Of a stretch of DNA of 64,000 bases, positions 28,764 through 38,169 are shown one piece after another. This DNA is from a virus: positions 66,183 to 130,182 of the IMG/VR virus record IMGVR_UViG_3300032607_000125; one strand, 5' to 3'. How positions within the stretch are numbered: the first letter of the stretch is position 1; each line of letters begins with the position of its first letter. Both the position numbers and the translations under genes were made by a program. The notes beneath the pieces are model-generated. The model was not told where the DNA came from. It saw nothing but the letters and a program-made list of their open reading frames with translations, and did not search any database.

Positions 28764-29708
28764 ATGAAAAACTTTAAAGAATTTAGCGTAGAATTAGACG
28801 AAGTTTCTAATGATTATTTTAAACGCCGTAAAGATGAAGAAGATCGCATTGCTGGAAAGAAAGCTCCCGCTAAACGTAAGCCTAAGCAAACTGATTACGA
28901 AAAGAAACGCAAAGAGCAAATGAAAGAAGATATTGCTATTTGCTCAGAGTGCGGTCAAGCACCATGTGTGTGTGATGATAGTCATGGGTTTGTATCAGAA
29001 GCTGCCACTAGTGTAAAAGGTTGGGCTGCACAAGTTCGAAAAACCCATGGTGCAACTGTTAAGTTTGTCAACAAAGCGTCTGGTAGTGGCATAGACAATA
29101 GATCAATTGCTAGAAATGCAAAAGGTGAAACTGTTGGAGTGTATAATCGCAACACGGGTAATGCTACTGTGCACGAACCAAAGTCGAATATAAAAGAAGC
29201 TGCTTTAGATGAAGTTGCACAAGGCCATACTATTGAAGCTCATGGCATTCGTGGTATGAAAGGGACTGCTTGGAAAAAGACTTTCAAGAGTCATGATCAT
29301 TTAGCTAAATGGGCAGACGCCAATGATAGCATTGAAGTACATGCTACTCGCGATCTTGATGGCGTTAAAAAGAAAACAAATGAAGAAGCATTATCGAAAA
29401 GAATGCCTGGAAATGTTGGCGATTCCCTCGGGTATTTAAATGCTGCGGAACGCGCCAAAGAACTTGCACGTCGTAAAGCTAAGATAGCTGGTAACACAAC
29501 TCCTGCTAGTAAAGCATTTGTTAATAAAGCACTCAAAAAAGAAGAAGTTCTTGATGAACTCTCTACTGATACTTTAACTTCCTATAAAAAGAAAGCTGGA
29601 GAATCAGCCACTGCAGCAGATAAAGCCGGTGATACTACTAAAGGCCATAAGCGCTTTAAGGGTATCATGAAAGCTACATTCAAACAGTTCGCTAACGACG
29701 CTAAGTAA
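28764..29708 (+). CDS. Putative internal head protein
   Basis: MKNFKEFSVE N-terminus; DELSTDTLTSYKKKA module. Confidence 0.65.
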   Translation: MKNFKEFSVELDEVSNDYFKRRKDEEDRIAGKKAPAKRKPKQTDYEKKRKEQMKEDIAICSECGQAPCVCDDSHGFVSEAATSVKGWAAQVRKTHGATVKFVNKASGSGIDNRSIARNAKGETVGVYNRNTGNATVHEPKSNIKEAALDEVAQGHTIEAHGIRGMKGTAWKKTFKSHDHLAKWADANDSIEVHATRDLDGVKKKTNEEALSKRMPGNVGDSLGYLNAAERAKELARRKAKIAGNTTPASKAFVNKALKKEEVLDELSTDTLTSYKKKAGESATAADKAGDTTKGHKRFKGIMKATFKQFANDAK

Positions 29709-29710
29709 TC

Positions 29711-30280
29711 ATGTGGCTACTTAGCTTCCTTCCAGATTATGCCTTTCACTTATTGACTCTACTTGGAGTCATAGGTGTTATCGCCTGTTTATTTCCAATT
29801 CCATATAAACAAATCGTTCAAATTTTATCTGTGATCGTATTATCATTTTCATTATATATTGAAGGTGGTATCGCGAATAGAATAGAATGGGAAGCTAAAG
29901 TTGCTCAATTAAATCTTGACATCGCAAAGAAAGATGTTAAAGCTGCTCAAGTCACTACTGAAATAGTTACTAAATATATAATCAAAACACAAATTGTGAA
30001 GGAAAAGGGCGATGTCATCATTAAAGAAATTCCAGTATACATCACTAAAGATGATGATGCTAGGTGTATTGTGCCTAATGGTTTCGTCTTGCTCCACGAT
30101 AGTGCCAGTAGAAATGAAGTTCCCGTCACCGCCGGAAGAGTTAATGAAAGCGCCTCAGATGTTAAAATCTCTGAAGTCGCAGGAACAGTCATCGCAAATT
30201 ACACCACCTACTATCAAATCGCAGAGCAATTAAAAGCGCTCCAAGATTGGGTAAGAGAACAACAAAAAAATTATAAGTGA
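29711..30280 (+). CDS. Inner-membrane spanin (Rz-like)
   Basis: N-terminal TM helices, coiled coil, conserved C..P.GFV.LHD.A and L.ALQ.W. Confidence 0.8.
   Translation: MWLLSFLPDYAFHLLTLLGVIGVIACLFPIPYKQIVQILSVIVLSFSLYIEGGIANRIEWEAKVAQLNLDIAKKDVKAAQVTTEIVTKYIIKTQIVKEKGDVIIKEIPVYITKDDDARCIVPNGFVLLHDSASRNEVPVTAGRVNESASDVKISEVAGTVIANYTTYYQIAEQLKALQDWVREQQKNYK
30051..30233 (+). CDS. Outer-membrane lipoprotein spanin (Rz1-like), embedded in the i-spanin gene
   Basis: Signal peptide with lipobox VSSC then Pro-rich FPSPPEELMKAP, in an alternative frame. Confidence 0.8.
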   Translation: MMMLGVLCLMVSSCSTIVPVEMKFPSPPEELMKAPQMLKSLKSQEQSSQITPPTIKSQSN

Positions 30281-30289
30281 GTATGTCTA

Positions 30290-30730
30290 ATGGCTGCGGA
30301 AATAGAAGTAGAAGTACTAAAAAGTGTAGTTAAAAAACTAGACTCATCGCTCGATAAAATATCTGAAGTAAGCAACACAATTGCAAAACTGTTAGCTGTT
30401 CACGATGAAAGAATTAGTTCCTTGGAAAAAAATACAGATAAAAAAGAAGATGAGATTAAAGAATTACATTTTCGGCTTACGACGCAGACCCGTGAGATCT
30501 TTGATAAATTAGAATTAATGGAAGCTAGAATTGAGAAGCGTATTACTGAAGGTGGCATAACAACTTCACTTCAACATGAAAGAATTGATGCAGAAATGAA
30601 AGCAGAAATTAAAAATATTTCCGAAAGAATTCAAGTATTAGAATCATGGCGTTGGTATCTTCTTGGTGGCGCAGCTGTTGGCGGTTGGGTTTTATCTAAG
30701 TTTACAGATTGGACTAGTTTTCTAAAATAA
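30290..30730 (+). CDS. Coiled-coil protein with a C-terminal TM segment (possibly lysis-related)
   Basis: Heptad pattern then LESWRWYLLGGAAVGGWVL. Confidence 0.65.
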   Translation: MAAEIEVEVLKSVVKKLDSSLDKISEVSNTIAKLLAVHDERISSLEKNTDKKEDEIKELHFRLTTQTREIFDKLELMEARIEKRITEGGITTSLQHERIDAEMKAEIKNISERIQVLESWRWYLLGGAAVGGWVLSKFTDWTSFLK

Positions 30731-30792
30731 TTTGTACTTCTTTTCCTCGTTGATATATAATGTATTATGTGAATTTATTAATGGAGAAGTCT

Positions 30793-31476
30793 GTGCAAAG
30801 TGTAAAATTAATTTCGTCCTCAAAGCCTTCAAAAGAATTAGTCTTAGAAGGTCTTTATGATGCTCAAGAACTCATCGCATATTGCGCTCGAGTTTCAAAT
30901 CCGTCTAACCAGTTAAACACTGGTTCATCAGACAAACTAATCAAATATCTAATTAAGCACCAACATTGGTCACCTCTTGAAATGGTGTCAGCTTGCTTAG
31001 AGATTGAAACTACTCGAGATATTGCTCGGCAAATTCTTCGTCACCGTAGTTTTTCATTCCAAGAATTCTCTCAACGATATGCAGATCCAACTAAGGATCT
31101 TTCATTCGTTACTCGGGAAGCTCGTCTTCAAGATACGAAGAATCGTCAAAACTCAATTGAAACAGATAATTTAGCTTTACAAGCATTCTGGGAAACTCGT
31201 CAACAGCGCGTTATTGATGAATGTAAAGCAGCATATGAGTGGGCCATTGCAAATGGCATTGCAAAAGAACAAGCCCGTGCAGTTCTACCAGAAGGTTTGA
31301 CTGCTTCTCGCATGTACGTTAATGGTACTCTTCGTTCATGGATTCACTTTATTCAAGTTAGATCCGACGTTAGTACACAGAAAGAACATCGTCTAATTGC
31401 TCTCGAATGCGCTAAGATTATCGCCGAGATTTTTCCTCTGATGAATGAAATATATAGTAACCAAGCAGAACAATAA
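30793..31476 (+). CDS. thyX: FAD-dependent thymidylate synthase
   Basis: CARVSNP, HWSPLE, RHRSFSFQEFSQRY, RSW.HF; GTG start after GGAGA inferred. Confidence 0.93.
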   Translation: MQSVKLISSSKPSKELVLEGLYDAQELIAYCARVSNPSNQLNTGSSDKLIKYLIKHQHWSPLEMVSACLEIETTRDIARQILRHRSFSFQEFSQRYADPTKDLSFVTREARLQDTKNRQNSIETDNLALQAFWETRQQRVIDECKAAYEWAIANGIAKEQARAVLPEGLTASRMYVNGTLRSWIHFIQVRSDVSTQKEHRLIALECAKIIAEIFPLMNEIYSNQAEQ

Positions 31477-31484
31477 GGAAAATA

Positions 31485-32834
31485 ATGAACGATGTAATTC
31501 ATGGTATCAAGGTAGATTATTCACGCGATAGTCTATTCGATGAACTTGGTAAGATTAGACTTAGAGAATCTTACATGAAAGATGATGAAGTCTCACCACA
31601 AGAAAGATTTGCATACGTATCATCTACTTTTGGCAGTAACCCCGAACATACACAAAGATTATATGAATATTCTAGTCTTCATTGGTTGTCTTATGCTACT
31701 CCAATTCTTTCTTTTGGTCGCAGTAAGCGTGGTTTGCCTATATCATGCTTCCTTAATTATATTGAAGATACTGCGGAGGGTCTAGTTGATAACCTTTCAG
31801 AAACTAATTGGCTCAGTATGCTCGGCGGTGGTGTGGGCATTGGCTTTGGCATTCGTTCTGCCGATGATAAGTCTACTGGTATTATGCCACATCTTAAAAT
31901 GTATGATGCTTCTTCTTTGGCGTATCGTCAAGGTCGCACTCGCCGTGGTTCTTATGCCGCTTATCTTGATATCTCTCATCCCGATATTATTCCTTTCTTA
32001 GAAATGCGAAAGCCTACAGGCGATCAAAATCTACGTACATTGAATATGCATCATGGTGTTAACATTCCAGATGCGTTCATGGACATCATTGAAAAATGTA
32101 TGCTTGATCCAGAAGCAGATGATTCGTGGGATCTAATAGATCCAGCAAGTCTTGAAGTTCGTGAAACAGTTTCAGCTAAGCACCTATGGCAGCAATTGCT
32201 TGAATTGCGCATGACAACAGGTGAACCATATCTTCACTTCATTGATGAATCAAATCGTAAGCTTCCACAATGGCTTAAGGATAAAGGTTTGAGGGTACAC
32301 CAGTCTAATCTGTGTTCGGAGATTATTCTTCCAACAAATAAAGATCGTACTGCCGTATGCTGTTTGTCATCATTAAATTTGGAATATTACGATGCTTGGA
32401 AAGATCACCCAACTTTTCTACGGGACGTGGCTGAGATGCTTGATAACGTTTTACAGTACTTCATTGATAATGCTCCTGACAGCATATCAAGAGCAAAGCA
32501 TAGCGCTACTCTTGAACGCTCTATTGGTATTGGTGCCCTCGGTTTTCATGCACTACTCCAAAAGAACAATATTGCATGGGAAAGCGTTGTAGCAAAATCA
32601 CTAAACATTCGTATGTTTAAAGGAATTCGGAGTAAATTAGATGAAGCAAATAAGAGTTTGGGATCTGAACGAGGTGAAGCACCTGATGTACAAAGCCTTA
32701 TTGAGTTTGAAGATTCTGATGGCAATACCCGTAGCATTAATTCTTCTGATTTTGTTAGCGTTATCCGCAATGGTGAAGAAATTTCTATTCGTGCTTGTGC
32801 CATCGTTGAAGGAGATGACATTCTGAGTTTATAA
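31485..32834 (+). CDS. nrdA: Class Ia RNR large subunit, N-terminal fragment (NrdA-a) with a 48-aa non-RNR tail (32688-32831)
   Basis: PISCFL, GGGVG, QG..RRG, SNLCSEI, VCCLSSLN, GIGALG; ends after GEAPD plus tail. Confidence 0.92.
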   Translation: MNDVIHGIKVDYSRDSLFDELGKIRLRESYMKDDEVSPQERFAYVSSTFGSNPEHTQRLYEYSSLHWLSYATPILSFGRSKRGLPISCFLNYIEDTAEGLVDNLSETNWLSMLGGGVGIGFGIRSADDKSTGIMPHLKMYDASSLAYRQGRTRRGSYAAYLDISHPDIIPFLEMRKPTGDQNLRTLNMHHGVNIPDAFMDIIEKCMLDPEADDSWDLIDPASLEVRETVSAKHLWQQLLELRMTTGEPYLHFIDESNRKLPQWLKDKGLRVHQSNLCSEIILPTNKDRTAVCCLSSLNLEYYDAWKDHPTFLRDVAEMLDNVLQYFIDNAPDSISRAKHSATLERSIGIGALGFHALLQKNNIAWESVVAKSLNIRMFKGIRSKLDEANKSLGSERGEAPDVQSLIEFEDSDGNTRSINSSDFVSVIRNGEEISIRACAIVEGDDILSL

Positions 32835-32867
32835 ATTTTATAAATACCATTAGGAGCAAAATTAAAG

Positions 32868-33404
32868 GTGATCCCAATGCAGTACGATAAAATTTACATA
32901 AGTATAATAGAACAAGCAAAATCTAGACAATTAGACGGATATAGTGAAAAACATCATATTATTCCACGTTGTTTAGGTGGAATAGACGATAAATCTAACC
33001 TAGTTGCGCTTACATATAGAGAACACTTTGTATGCCATAAACTTTTATGTAAGATGTATCCCGGAAATCTTAAGCTTATTTGTGCTATATCTTTTATGAT
33101 ATACTCTTCTAAAAAGAATAAGCGCTTGATAAACTTAAAGGATTTTGATTATGTGAAGCGTATGTTAGCTCCTCATATGGGATCATGGAATAAAGGTAGA
33201 GAACCATGGAATAAAGGTTTGAAAGGTGATGATTTTAAATCTAAAAATCCTAATCATAGTAAACCTCCAAGCATGATTGGTTATAAATGGATAAACAACG
33301 TAACTGAACAAACAAAACTAGCGCCAACTAAAGAATTACCAAATGGATGGACCTATGGTAGAATAGACAATAGAGGCGATAATAATGGAATGAGAAAAAA
33401 ATGA
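32868..33404 (+). mobile_element. MobE-like HNH homing endonuclease splitting nrdA
   Basis: EKHHIIPRCLGG.D..SNLV.LT.REHF..H; late promoter TATAAATA at 32839. Confidence 0.9.
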
Positions 33405-34018
33405 CATTTAAAGTAAAAAAGATTAACAAAGAACATGATGGAGTTGGCAATAGATTTTCGCATTGTTCAGCAATAGCGCCAAACGCATCAAGCAGTATTC
33501 TTATGGGCAACACTAGTCCTTCTGTTGAACCTTATCGTGCCAATGCTTATCGCCAAGACACTCTATCGGGTTCTCACCTAAATAAGAACCGGTTCCTTGA
33601 TGCTCTATTGCGCAGTAAGCTTAATGAAAGTGAACTGCAAGATGCATGGTCGAGTATCATGGCAAATGATGGTTCAGTACAACATTTGAATATATTAACA
33701 GACGTTGAAAAAGAAGTCTTTAAGACATCGATGGAAATTGATCAACGTTGGGTTATTGAACACGCAGCTGATCGCCAAGAATACATTGATCAAGCACAGT
33801 CTATCAATGTATTCTTTAGACCAGATAGCCACATCAAATATATTCATAGTGTTCACTTTTTAGCATGGAAAAAGAAACTTAAGACTCTTTATTATTGCCG
33901 CTCTGAAAAGATTGGCAAAGCAGACAAAGTATCGAAAAGAGTTGAGCGTGAAATCATTAAAGAAATTGATATGAGATCTATTGTGGAAGGCAATGATTGT
34001 ATCGCTTGTGAAGGGTAA
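33401..34018 (+). CDS. nrdA: RNR large subunit, C-terminal fragment (NrdA-b) with a 12-aa basic N-terminal extension
   Basis: RFSH..AIAPNASSS, Q.YIDQAQS.N, KTLYY, C-terminal CIACEG. Confidence 0.92.
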   Translation: MTFKVKKINKEHDGVGNRFSHCSAIAPNASSSILMGNTSPSVEPYRANAYRQDTLSGSHLNKNRFLDALLRSKLNESELQDAWSSIMANDGSVQHLNILTDVEKEVFKTSMEIDQRWVIEHAADRQEYIDQAQSINVFFRPDSHIKYIHSVHFLAWKKKLKTLYYCRSEKIGKADKVSKRVEREIIKEIDMRSIVEGNDCIACEG

Positions 34019-34020
34019 CT

Positions 34021-34170
34021 ATGTGGAAGCTCTGGGCAAAAGCTCTAGGCGATAAAGCATCAAACGATAATAAAGAAGCAGATCGTATAGCATACATTAG
34101 AACATCGATTGTAATGGTATATGTTATAACTAACTTCTTTATTATTGCTGGCGTAATCAAACATTGGTAG
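34021..34170 (+). CDS. Small membrane protein (49 aa), not in the ORF track
   Basis: MWKLWAKALGDKAS...FFIIAGVIKHW. Confidence 0.65.
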   Translation: MWKLWAKALGDKASNDNKEADRIAYIRTSIVMVYVITNFFIIAGVIKHW

Positions 34171-34176
34171 GAGTAT

Positions 34177-34422
34177 ATGAAAGAAGTATTAAAATTTAGT
34201 GCATCATGGTGTGGTCCATGTAAGACACTTAGTAAGACAATAGAAAGCGCTGGTGATCTTGGCGTTAATATTCTAGAAATGGATATTGATGATCAGCTTA
34301 CGTTAGCAGCTAAATACGACATTAGAACTGTTCCAACATTAATCATCATGGAAAATGGAGTTGAACTTAAACGTAAAACAGGTGCTATGACTTTATCACA
34401 ATTAAAAGAATTTTTAACATAA
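34177..34422 (+). CDS. trxA: Thioredoxin
   Basis: WCGPC, IRTVPTL. Confidence 0.93.
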   Translation: MKEVLKFSASWCGPCKTLSKTIESAGDLGVNILEMDIDDQLTLAAKYDIRTVPTLIIMENGVELKRKTGAMTLSQLKEFLT

Positions 34423-34443
34423 ATTCATATAGACTTTGACACT

Positions 34444-34479
34444 ATGATCGCAATTAGTAATAGTTGCGATCATTTTATT
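34444..34479 (+). terminator. Intrinsic terminator
   Basis: atgatcgcaa / ttgcgatcat stem followed by ttttatt. Confidence 0.7.
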
Positions 34480-34560
34480 ATTTTAATAACGATTTAAATA
34501 ATAATTCTAAATTTTGCCTAGAATTATTATTTAAGTCAATCACTAAAGATTGGACTTGTA

Positions 34561-35574
34561 ATGATTAAACTCAAAGGCAAAAAAATGACAAAAAAACCGC
34601 AGAATCTGCTATCGGACCGTAATTCGTTTAAACCATTCAATTACCCGTGGGCATATGATGCTTGGCTAAAACATGAACAATCTCATTGGCTTCACACAGA
34701 AGTTCCAATGGCGGAAGACGTAAAAGATTGGAAAAAGAAACTAAGCGCAGAGGAGAAGCAATTCTTGACTCACATCTTTAGATTCTTTACACAAGGTGAT
34801 ATTGACGTTGCAGGTGGATACGTTAAGAACTACCTTCCGTACTTCCCTCAACCAGAAGTACGTATGATGTTGCTTGGATTTGCAGCTCGTGAAGCACTAC
34901 ACATCGCGGCATATTCTCACTTAATTGAAACATTGGGCTTACCTGATACTACATACAATGAGTTCCTAGAGTACGCAGAGATGAAAGAAAAGCATGATTA
35001 CGTGCTTGACCTATCAGCCCAGAATACTACTAAGGAAAATACAGCGAAGCATATTGCTGTATTTTCTGCATTTACTGAAGGTATGCAACTGTTCTCTTCA
35101 TTCATTATGTTGTTGAACTTCCCTCGTCATGGTAAGATGAAAGGTATGGGTCAAATCGTTACTTGGTCTATCGTTGATGAAACAATGCATACCGAAGGAA
35201 TGGTCAAACTCTTCCGCGAATATATAAAAGAGAACTCAGAGATTTGGAACGACCAACTCAAAGGAGAACTATATACCATTGCAGAACGAATGGTAGAACT
35301 TGAAGATAAGTTCATTGACTTAGCGTTTGCATTGGGACCTATGCAAGATTTAACTTCTGCTGATGTTAAACAGTACATTCGCTATATCACTGATCGCCGC
35401 TTAATCAGTCTTGGACTAAAGGGTATCTTCAAGGTTAAGAAAAATCCATTGCCGTGGGTCGAAGAAATGATCAACGCGCCTATTCATGGAAACTTCTTTG
35501 AAAATCGAGTCACTGATTACGCAAAAGGCGCACTTGGTGGCACCTGGAATGACGTATGGGGAAAGGCAGCATAA
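34561..35574 (+). CDS. nrdB: Class Ia RNR small subunit
   Basis: W...EVPM..D, FFTQGD, EA.H..AY, FTEG, DET.H, NFFE; start may be ATG 34585. Confidence 0.96.
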   Translation: MIKLKGKKMTKKPQNLLSDRNSFKPFNYPWAYDAWLKHEQSHWLHTEVPMAEDVKDWKKKLSAEEKQFLTHIFRFFTQGDIDVAGGYVKNYLPYFPQPEVRMMLLGFAAREALHIAAYSHLIETLGLPDTTYNEFLEYAEMKEKHDYVLDLSAQNTTKENTAKHIAVFSAFTEGMQLFSSFIMLLNFPRHGKMKGMGQIVTWSIVDETMHTEGMVKLFREYIKENSEIWNDQLKGELYTIAERMVELEDKFIDLAFALGPMQDLTSADVKQYIRYITDRRLISLGLKGIFKVKKNPLPWVEEMINAPIHGNFFENRVTDYAKGALGGTWNDVWGKAA

Positions 35575-35729
35575 TGGCTATTAGCAGATTATTCGAATGT
35601 TCACAGTGTGGTGCATTTGGCAAGATTACATTAAAAAGTGAAGAACATGAAAAGTCTTCAATCGTTTGCTGCCCGGTTTGTGCAGCTGATATCAGTGAGG
35701 ACGAAAAATATGATGACGAAGAAGATTAA
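35574..35729 (+). CDS. Small zinc-ribbon protein (51 aa), not in the ORF track
   Basis: CSQC...CPVC with an acidic tail; TAATG overlap. Confidence 0.65.
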   Translation: MAISRLFECSQCGAFGKITLKSEEHEKSSIVCCPVCAADISEDEKYDDEED

Positions 35730-35976
35730 CAAAATAATTATCTACTATAACGATGGAACATTCGAAGAAATTAAAACTGGCGTTCATGATGTGGCGCCTC
35801 AACAAAATCCGAACTTTACTAGCCCGCCTAGTATCTTGAATTATCCACCCGGCATGCGTACGCCAAACATGACACCTCCATGGAATGTCACAAGTACTTG
35901 TGGTCCAGGAGATAAATATTCCATTGCAACTAATAGTAATGGACATGTGGACTTTTCAAACAACAATAGTAGATAA
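35710..35976 (+). CDS. Hypothetical protein
   Basis: ORF from ATG 35710, Pro-rich. Confidence 0.5.
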   Translation: MMTKKINKIIIYYNDGTFEEIKTGVHDVAPQQNPNFTSPPSILNYPPGMRTPNMTPPWNVTSTCGPGDKYSIATNSNGHVDFSNNNSR

Positions 35977-36370
35977 CCTACCTGAAGACTGCGTTGGTTT
36001 TGTTTATTTAATTACGAATAAAACCAACGACAGGAAATACATCGGCAAAAAATTAGCGAAGTTCTCTAAGACTACGTATAAGACTGTAGTCTTAAAAAAC
36101 GGCACTAAGAAGAAAAAGAAAATCAGATCAAAAATTGATTCTGATTGGGTGACCTACTATGGTTCTAGCGTAGAACTATGCAAGGATATAGCGTTACTCG
36201 GTGAAGATAACTTTACTCGAGAAATTCTATTCTATTGCAAGTCTAAAGCAGAATGTTCATATGTTGAAGCCAGGGAGCAATTCACCCGGCGAGTACTTGA
36301 GACTACTGAGTACTATAATGGACAAATATCAGTGAGAGTCCACGGCTCTCATATCATAGGAAAAATATGA
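35945..36370 (+). CDS. GIY-YIG family nuclease-like protein
   Basis: GFVYLITN...KYIGKK, YYGSS, FTREIL, YYNG. Confidence 0.8.
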   Translation: MWTFQTTIVDNLPEDCVGFVYLITNKTNDRKYIGKKLAKFSKTTYKTVVLKNGTKKKKKIRSKIDSDWVTYYGSSVELCKDIALLGEDNFTREILFYCKSKAECSYVEAREQFTRRVLETTEYYNGQISVRVHGSHIIGKI

Positions 36371-37263
36371 CATACATGTTATTTTTATCAGCTATAGCTC
36401 TCTCAAGTGTAGCTGCGTATTATTCAATCATGGGACTAATTTCAATATTCTCAGGCGCTGCCATGTCTATTGCAATTATGGGAGGAGTTTTAGAAGTTTC
36501 TAAATTAACTGTGACATCATGGTTATATAGAAATTGGAAAGAAACGCCGAGATTATTAAAGGCTTACTTTATAACGGCAATCATTGTGCTTATGCTTATA
36601 ACTAGCATGGGCATATTCGGATACCTATCTAAGGCTCACTTAGAACAAGGCATATCATCTGGTAATGCATCGGCAGAAATAGCCCTATTAGATGAAAAAA
36701 TCAATATACAAAAGGAAAATATAAATGCAGCTCGTACAACGCTTACTCAATTGGATTCACAAGTCAACGCAGCCCTTGATAGGACGACTAACGCCTCCGG
36801 AGCCAACAACTCCAATTTTATTAGAAGAAGTCAAACTAGAGAACGAAACCGTCTTGCCGAAGAAATCACAAACGCGCAGACGCAAGTCAACAGCCTCAGT
36901 CAAGAAAAAGCACCTTTGGCCATCCAGCTTCGAGCAATAGAAGTTGAAGTAGGTCCAATCAAATACATCGCAGCATTGATTTATGGTGAGGGTCAAGATT
37001 CTACTACATTAGAAAAATCTGTACGCATTATCATCTTAATGCTAGTGTTTGTATTTGATCCATTGGCCGTTTTGATGTTTATTGCCGTTAATCAATCTGC
37101 GACAACACGGACCAAAACTCGTAAAATAAAGAAGATAGAAGAAGACAGTGAAGTTGAAGAGGATAGTAACATTCATATCAACAACACTATTGATGTTAAA
37201 GATCAATTCATTATTGAAAAGTGGTCTGATGGTTCTCAACATATGCATAAACAAGTTATTTGA
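36367..37263 (+). CDS. Multi-pass membrane protein with a periplasmic coiled coil
   Basis: Several N-terminal TM helices, heptads, VFVFDPLAV. Confidence 0.75.
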   Translation: MTYMLFLSAIALSSVAAYYSIMGLISIFSGAAMSIAIMGGVLEVSKLTVTSWLYRNWKETPRLLKAYFITAIIVLMLITSMGIFGYLSKAHLEQGISSGNASAEIALLDEKINIQKENINAARTTLTQLDSQVNAALDRTTNASGANNSNFIRRSQTRERNRLAEEITNAQTQVNSLSQEKAPLAIQLRAIEVEVGPIKYIAALIYGEGQDSTTLEKSVRIIILMLVFVFDPLAVLMFIAVNQSATTRTKTRKIKKIEEDSEVEEDSNIHINNTIDVKDQFIIEKWSDGSQHMHKQVI

Positions 37264-37352
37264 TTAAATTTATTGTACACAGTTATGCCGCAATGGTATA
37301 ATAACCCTCTGGTTTCAGTGTACAATAATTCGTTAGTGTGTTATAATCAATC

Positions 37353-37937
37353 ATGACATTCACTCTAGCAGAAAAAACAAAGATTCTTAAACTTAAGACA
37401 AATCTGTCTATAGTATTCAACACCAAGCTAAAAGAGATAAACGATCCACACTTTAGTACATTGATACGAACTAATTGTATCATCACTGGTGGAGCGATAG
37501 CATCTATATATCATAATCAAAAGATCAATGATATAGATCTATATGCTAAAGATAACGTAATCAGTATCAAAGATTACGTTATCACTCAAATGCCAAATCA
37601 CATTAAGCAGTATACATCGTATGATATGCTGCAGAAAAATGTACCAGCTATTACTAATAATGCAGTGACACTAGCTAATGATTTACAATTCATTTATATC
37701 GATAAAGCGGAAAAGTGTAGATCAGAATTTGATTTTATTCATTGCATGCCATGGTTTGATATTTTGACACAAAAGCTTTACATTTCACCTGAACAATATT
37801 CGGCAATTGCCACTATGCACTTAATTCCCAATCCACGCGGACAACCTGCAAAATTTTTACGTATAGACAAATATACTAAACGTGGTTGGGGTATCGATCA
37901 TACATTATATGAAAACGCAAAAAAGGAAATACAATGA
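37353..37937 (+). CDS. Pol-beta-superfamily nucleotidyltransferase-like protein
   Basis: ITGGAIAS...NDIDLY; FDFIHC. Confidence 0.7.
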   Translation: MTFTLAEKTKILKLKTNLSIVFNTKLKEINDPHFSTLIRTNCIITGGAIASIYHNQKINDIDLYAKDNVISIKDYVITQMPNHIKQYTSYDMLQKNVPAITNNAVTLANDLQFIYIDKAEKCRSEFDFIHCMPWFDILTQKLYISPEQYSAIATMHLIPNPRGQPAKFLRIDKYTKRGWGIDHTLYENAKKEIQ

Positions 37938-38125
37938 GTGGACCTGGATTTATAGCACCTGAAGAAGACAAGATTTGTGAACTATGCGGCGTTGAAGATG
38001 AATGTCGTCCGTATGGACCTAAGTACGAGCAAATTTGCTTTGATTGTGGTATGCTAAATGTAGAACTCACCAAGCAAAGAATGACAGAGTACATTTTCGG
38101 TGGACCAAAGAGTCCTGTACAATAA
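37934..38125 (+). CDS. Small zinc-finger protein
   Basis: CELC...ECRPYG...ICFDC. Confidence 0.7.
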   Translation: MSGPGFIAPEEDKICELCGVEDECRPYGPKYEQICFDCGMLNVELTKQRMTEYIFGGPKSPVQ

Positions 38126-38169
38126 TTCATCTTTAGAGTATAATTACTCATACAAACAAACTTTATATT

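Noticed and set aside
32688-33436. A functional split intein or a group I intron in nrdA
   Set aside because: No Cys/Ser1, no terminal His-Asn and no nucleophile at +1. Both halves have in-frame extra coding tails, the HNH overlaps the nrdA-b start, and there is no spare non-coding sequence for an intron core.
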